From positions 1-37,375 of IMG/VR virus record IMGVR_UViG_3300012943_000687: 37,375 bases of DNA. The stretch is one strand, 5' to 3'. Below, piece by piece: positions 35,991-37,375 of this stretch (position 1 is the first letter of the stretch; each line of letters starts with the position of its first letter). The notes below the pieces were generated by a model that saw only the letters and a list, made by a program, of their open reading frames with translations, had not been told where the DNA came from and did no database searches. Origin of the DNA: a virus. Lineage: Duplodnaviria; Caudoviricetes. The translations under genes and the position numbers were made by a program.

Positions 35991-36296
35991 ATGTCTGATT
36001 CAGCGGGTACCAGGCTAAAGACTTTCCGGATGGCACTGGGTTTTTCAAGGGACAAGTTTTGCGATATGACCGGCATTGAGAATATGCGGTTAATCACTAT
36101 TGAAAATAAGAAAAGCCGAATGTCCACTGATGATCTTTTACTGGTTGTGAATATATTTCCAGAGGTTCTGGAGTGGCTAGTTAAAGGAACCCCACTTGGT
36201 ATTGATACCCTTGAAAAATCGGAAAACCTCCACCTGAAAATGCTTGCATTAAACTTAAAAGTCGAAGGGAAAAACGCCCTAACTGAAGGGGAATAA
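35991..36296 (+). CDS. immunity repressor (XRE HTH, no peptidase domain)
   Basis: RLK..R...G.SR..F...TGI...L..IE.....FPE..WL..G; co-transcribed with the integrase. Confidence 0.75.
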   Translation: MSDSAGTRLKTFRMALGFSRDKFCDMTGIENMRLITIENKKSRMSTDDLLLVVNIFPEVLEWLVKGTPLGIDTLEKSENLHLKMLALNLKVEGKNALTEGE

Positions 36297-36298
36297 TC

Positions 36299-37375
36299 GT
36301 GGCAGTAACAGCCAAGGAAAAAGAACGTCAGGTTGAACCTGGCATTTGGAAATTGGTGGATGGCCGATTCCATGTTGCTATTCGACCTGATGGAAGGGAG
36401 GGGAAAAAGGTTACAAAAACCACAACCAAACTTGAAGATGCCAGGCAATTTAAAAATAAAGCGATAGCCAAAGCACAGACCGGAATTGCTGTGCAGTCAT
36501 CACCTTCCAGGGATAAGCGGCGGTTGTCAGATTTGGTGAATGAGTGGCAAGAACTGTATGGCTACACGCTGAAAGACAAGGAGCGGCATCTTACATTATT
36601 AGCAACTTGCAAATTATTAGGCGACCCCATTGCACAAAAATTTACTGCTGAAGATTTCATGGTTTTTCGTAAAAAACGCATTGAAACTGTCCAGCCTGGG
36701 AAGGCGGGTAAAACTATTAGTGCGAACACAGTTAACCATTCTCATGCATATTTATCTGCAGTATTTAATCGATTAAAACAACTTGGAAAATGGAAGCAAC
36801 CCAACCCATTGGCCGGATTACCCAAACTAAAAATAGATGATCCGGCACTTACATACCTGGACATTCAACAGATTAAATCCCTTTTATCCGCGCTGACATT
36901 TTCTAAAAATACAGACCTGGTTGTTATCACCAAAATTTGTCTTTCTATCGGTGCGCGCTGGGGTGAAGCGTCGAGCCTTGAAGCCCGACAAGTGAAGAAC
37001 TGCAGAATACAATTACTGAAAACAAAAAACGGTAAGTCCCGATCAATTCCCATAACTCCTGAGCTACAAGCAGAAATTTTAGATGGTAGGCCAAAAATCG
37101 GACGGTTATTTGCAGATAAAGATGCAAAAAAAGGGTTCTCTAATGCATTAAAACGCGCAGGAATTGATCTGCCAGCCGGACAAATGACCCATGTTTTGCG
37201 GCATACATTTGCCAGCCACTTCATGATTAATGATGGAAATTTTTTGAAACTCAAGGAGATCTTGGGGCATTCGTCATTAGAAATGACAATGCGCTATGCA
37301 CACTTGGCCCCATCCCACCTAACTCAGGCCATCACACACAACCCGTTGACCTATCTAAAAGTTGATATTGAGTAA
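36299..37375 (+). CDS. int: tyrosine integrase (P2/HP1 type)
   Basis: Catalytic GARWGE, TKNG, HVLRHTFASHF, LGH and MRYAH residues. Confidence 0.97.
   Translation: MAVTAKEKERQVEPGIWKLVDGRFHVAIRPDGREGKKVTKTTTKLEDARQFKNKAIAKAQTGIAVQSSPSRDKRRLSDLVNEWQELYGYTLKDKERHLTLLATCKLLGDPIAQKFTAEDFMVFRKKRIETVQPGKAGKTISANTVNHSHAYLSAVFNRLKQLGKWKQPNPLAGLPKLKIDDPALTYLDIQQIKSLLSALTFSKNTDLVVITKICLSIGARWGEASSLEARQVKNCRIQLLKTKNGKSRSIPITPELQAEILDGRPKIGRLFADKDAKKGFSNALKRAGIDLPAGQMTHVLRHTFASHFMINDGNFLKLKEILGHSSLEMTMRYAHLAPSHLTQAITHNPLTYLKVDIE

Larger units (their letters stand above)
1..37375. mobile_element. P2/HP1-like temperate phage (prophage), near-complete genome
   Basis: Gene order int-repressor-cox-replication-early genes / ogr-portal-terminase / scaffold-capsid-small terminase-head completion-tail completion-sheath-tube-lysis-TAC-tape measure-baseplate-fibre matches HP1/K139-like Peduoviridae. 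Terminase/portal are divergent from the scaffold gene. Confidence 0.95.

Noticed and set aside
37300-37375. att site or tRNA at the integrase end
   Set aside because: The window stops at the integrase stop codon; no flanking sequence is available.

Overview
The window is an essentially complete ~37 kb temperate myophage (prophage) of the P2/HP1/K139-like type. It starts and ends exactly on stop codons, so no att sites are visible. From right to left it carries a tyrosine integrase, an XRE repressor and a Cox-like switch, then a leftward early operon. That operon begins with a Zn-finger/Toprim/P-loop primase-helicase followed by an iteron cluster (likely ori) and many small accessory genes. 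Next come an accessory island at ~24.4-25.9 kb, ogr, portal and terminase, the HP1-type head, tail and lysis genes, and three extra genes at the left end (beta-helix, cadherin-repeat, small). The most striking element is the accessory island. It holds a Cas-less, single-unit type I-F CRISPR-like RNA gene on the minus strand, with its own promoter, two Cas6f-type hairpins, an atypical 38-nt 'spacer' that itself folds into a GAAA-capped stem-loop, and a terminator. It sits between a small acidic Acr-like gene with an operator-containing promoter and two putative regulators (an RHH-like/alpha-CTD-like fusion and an Aca-like HTH). This looks like a combined protein + RNA anti-CRISPR or CRISPR-hijacking cassette. 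Family assignments come from motif recognition and synteny only; no searches were run.
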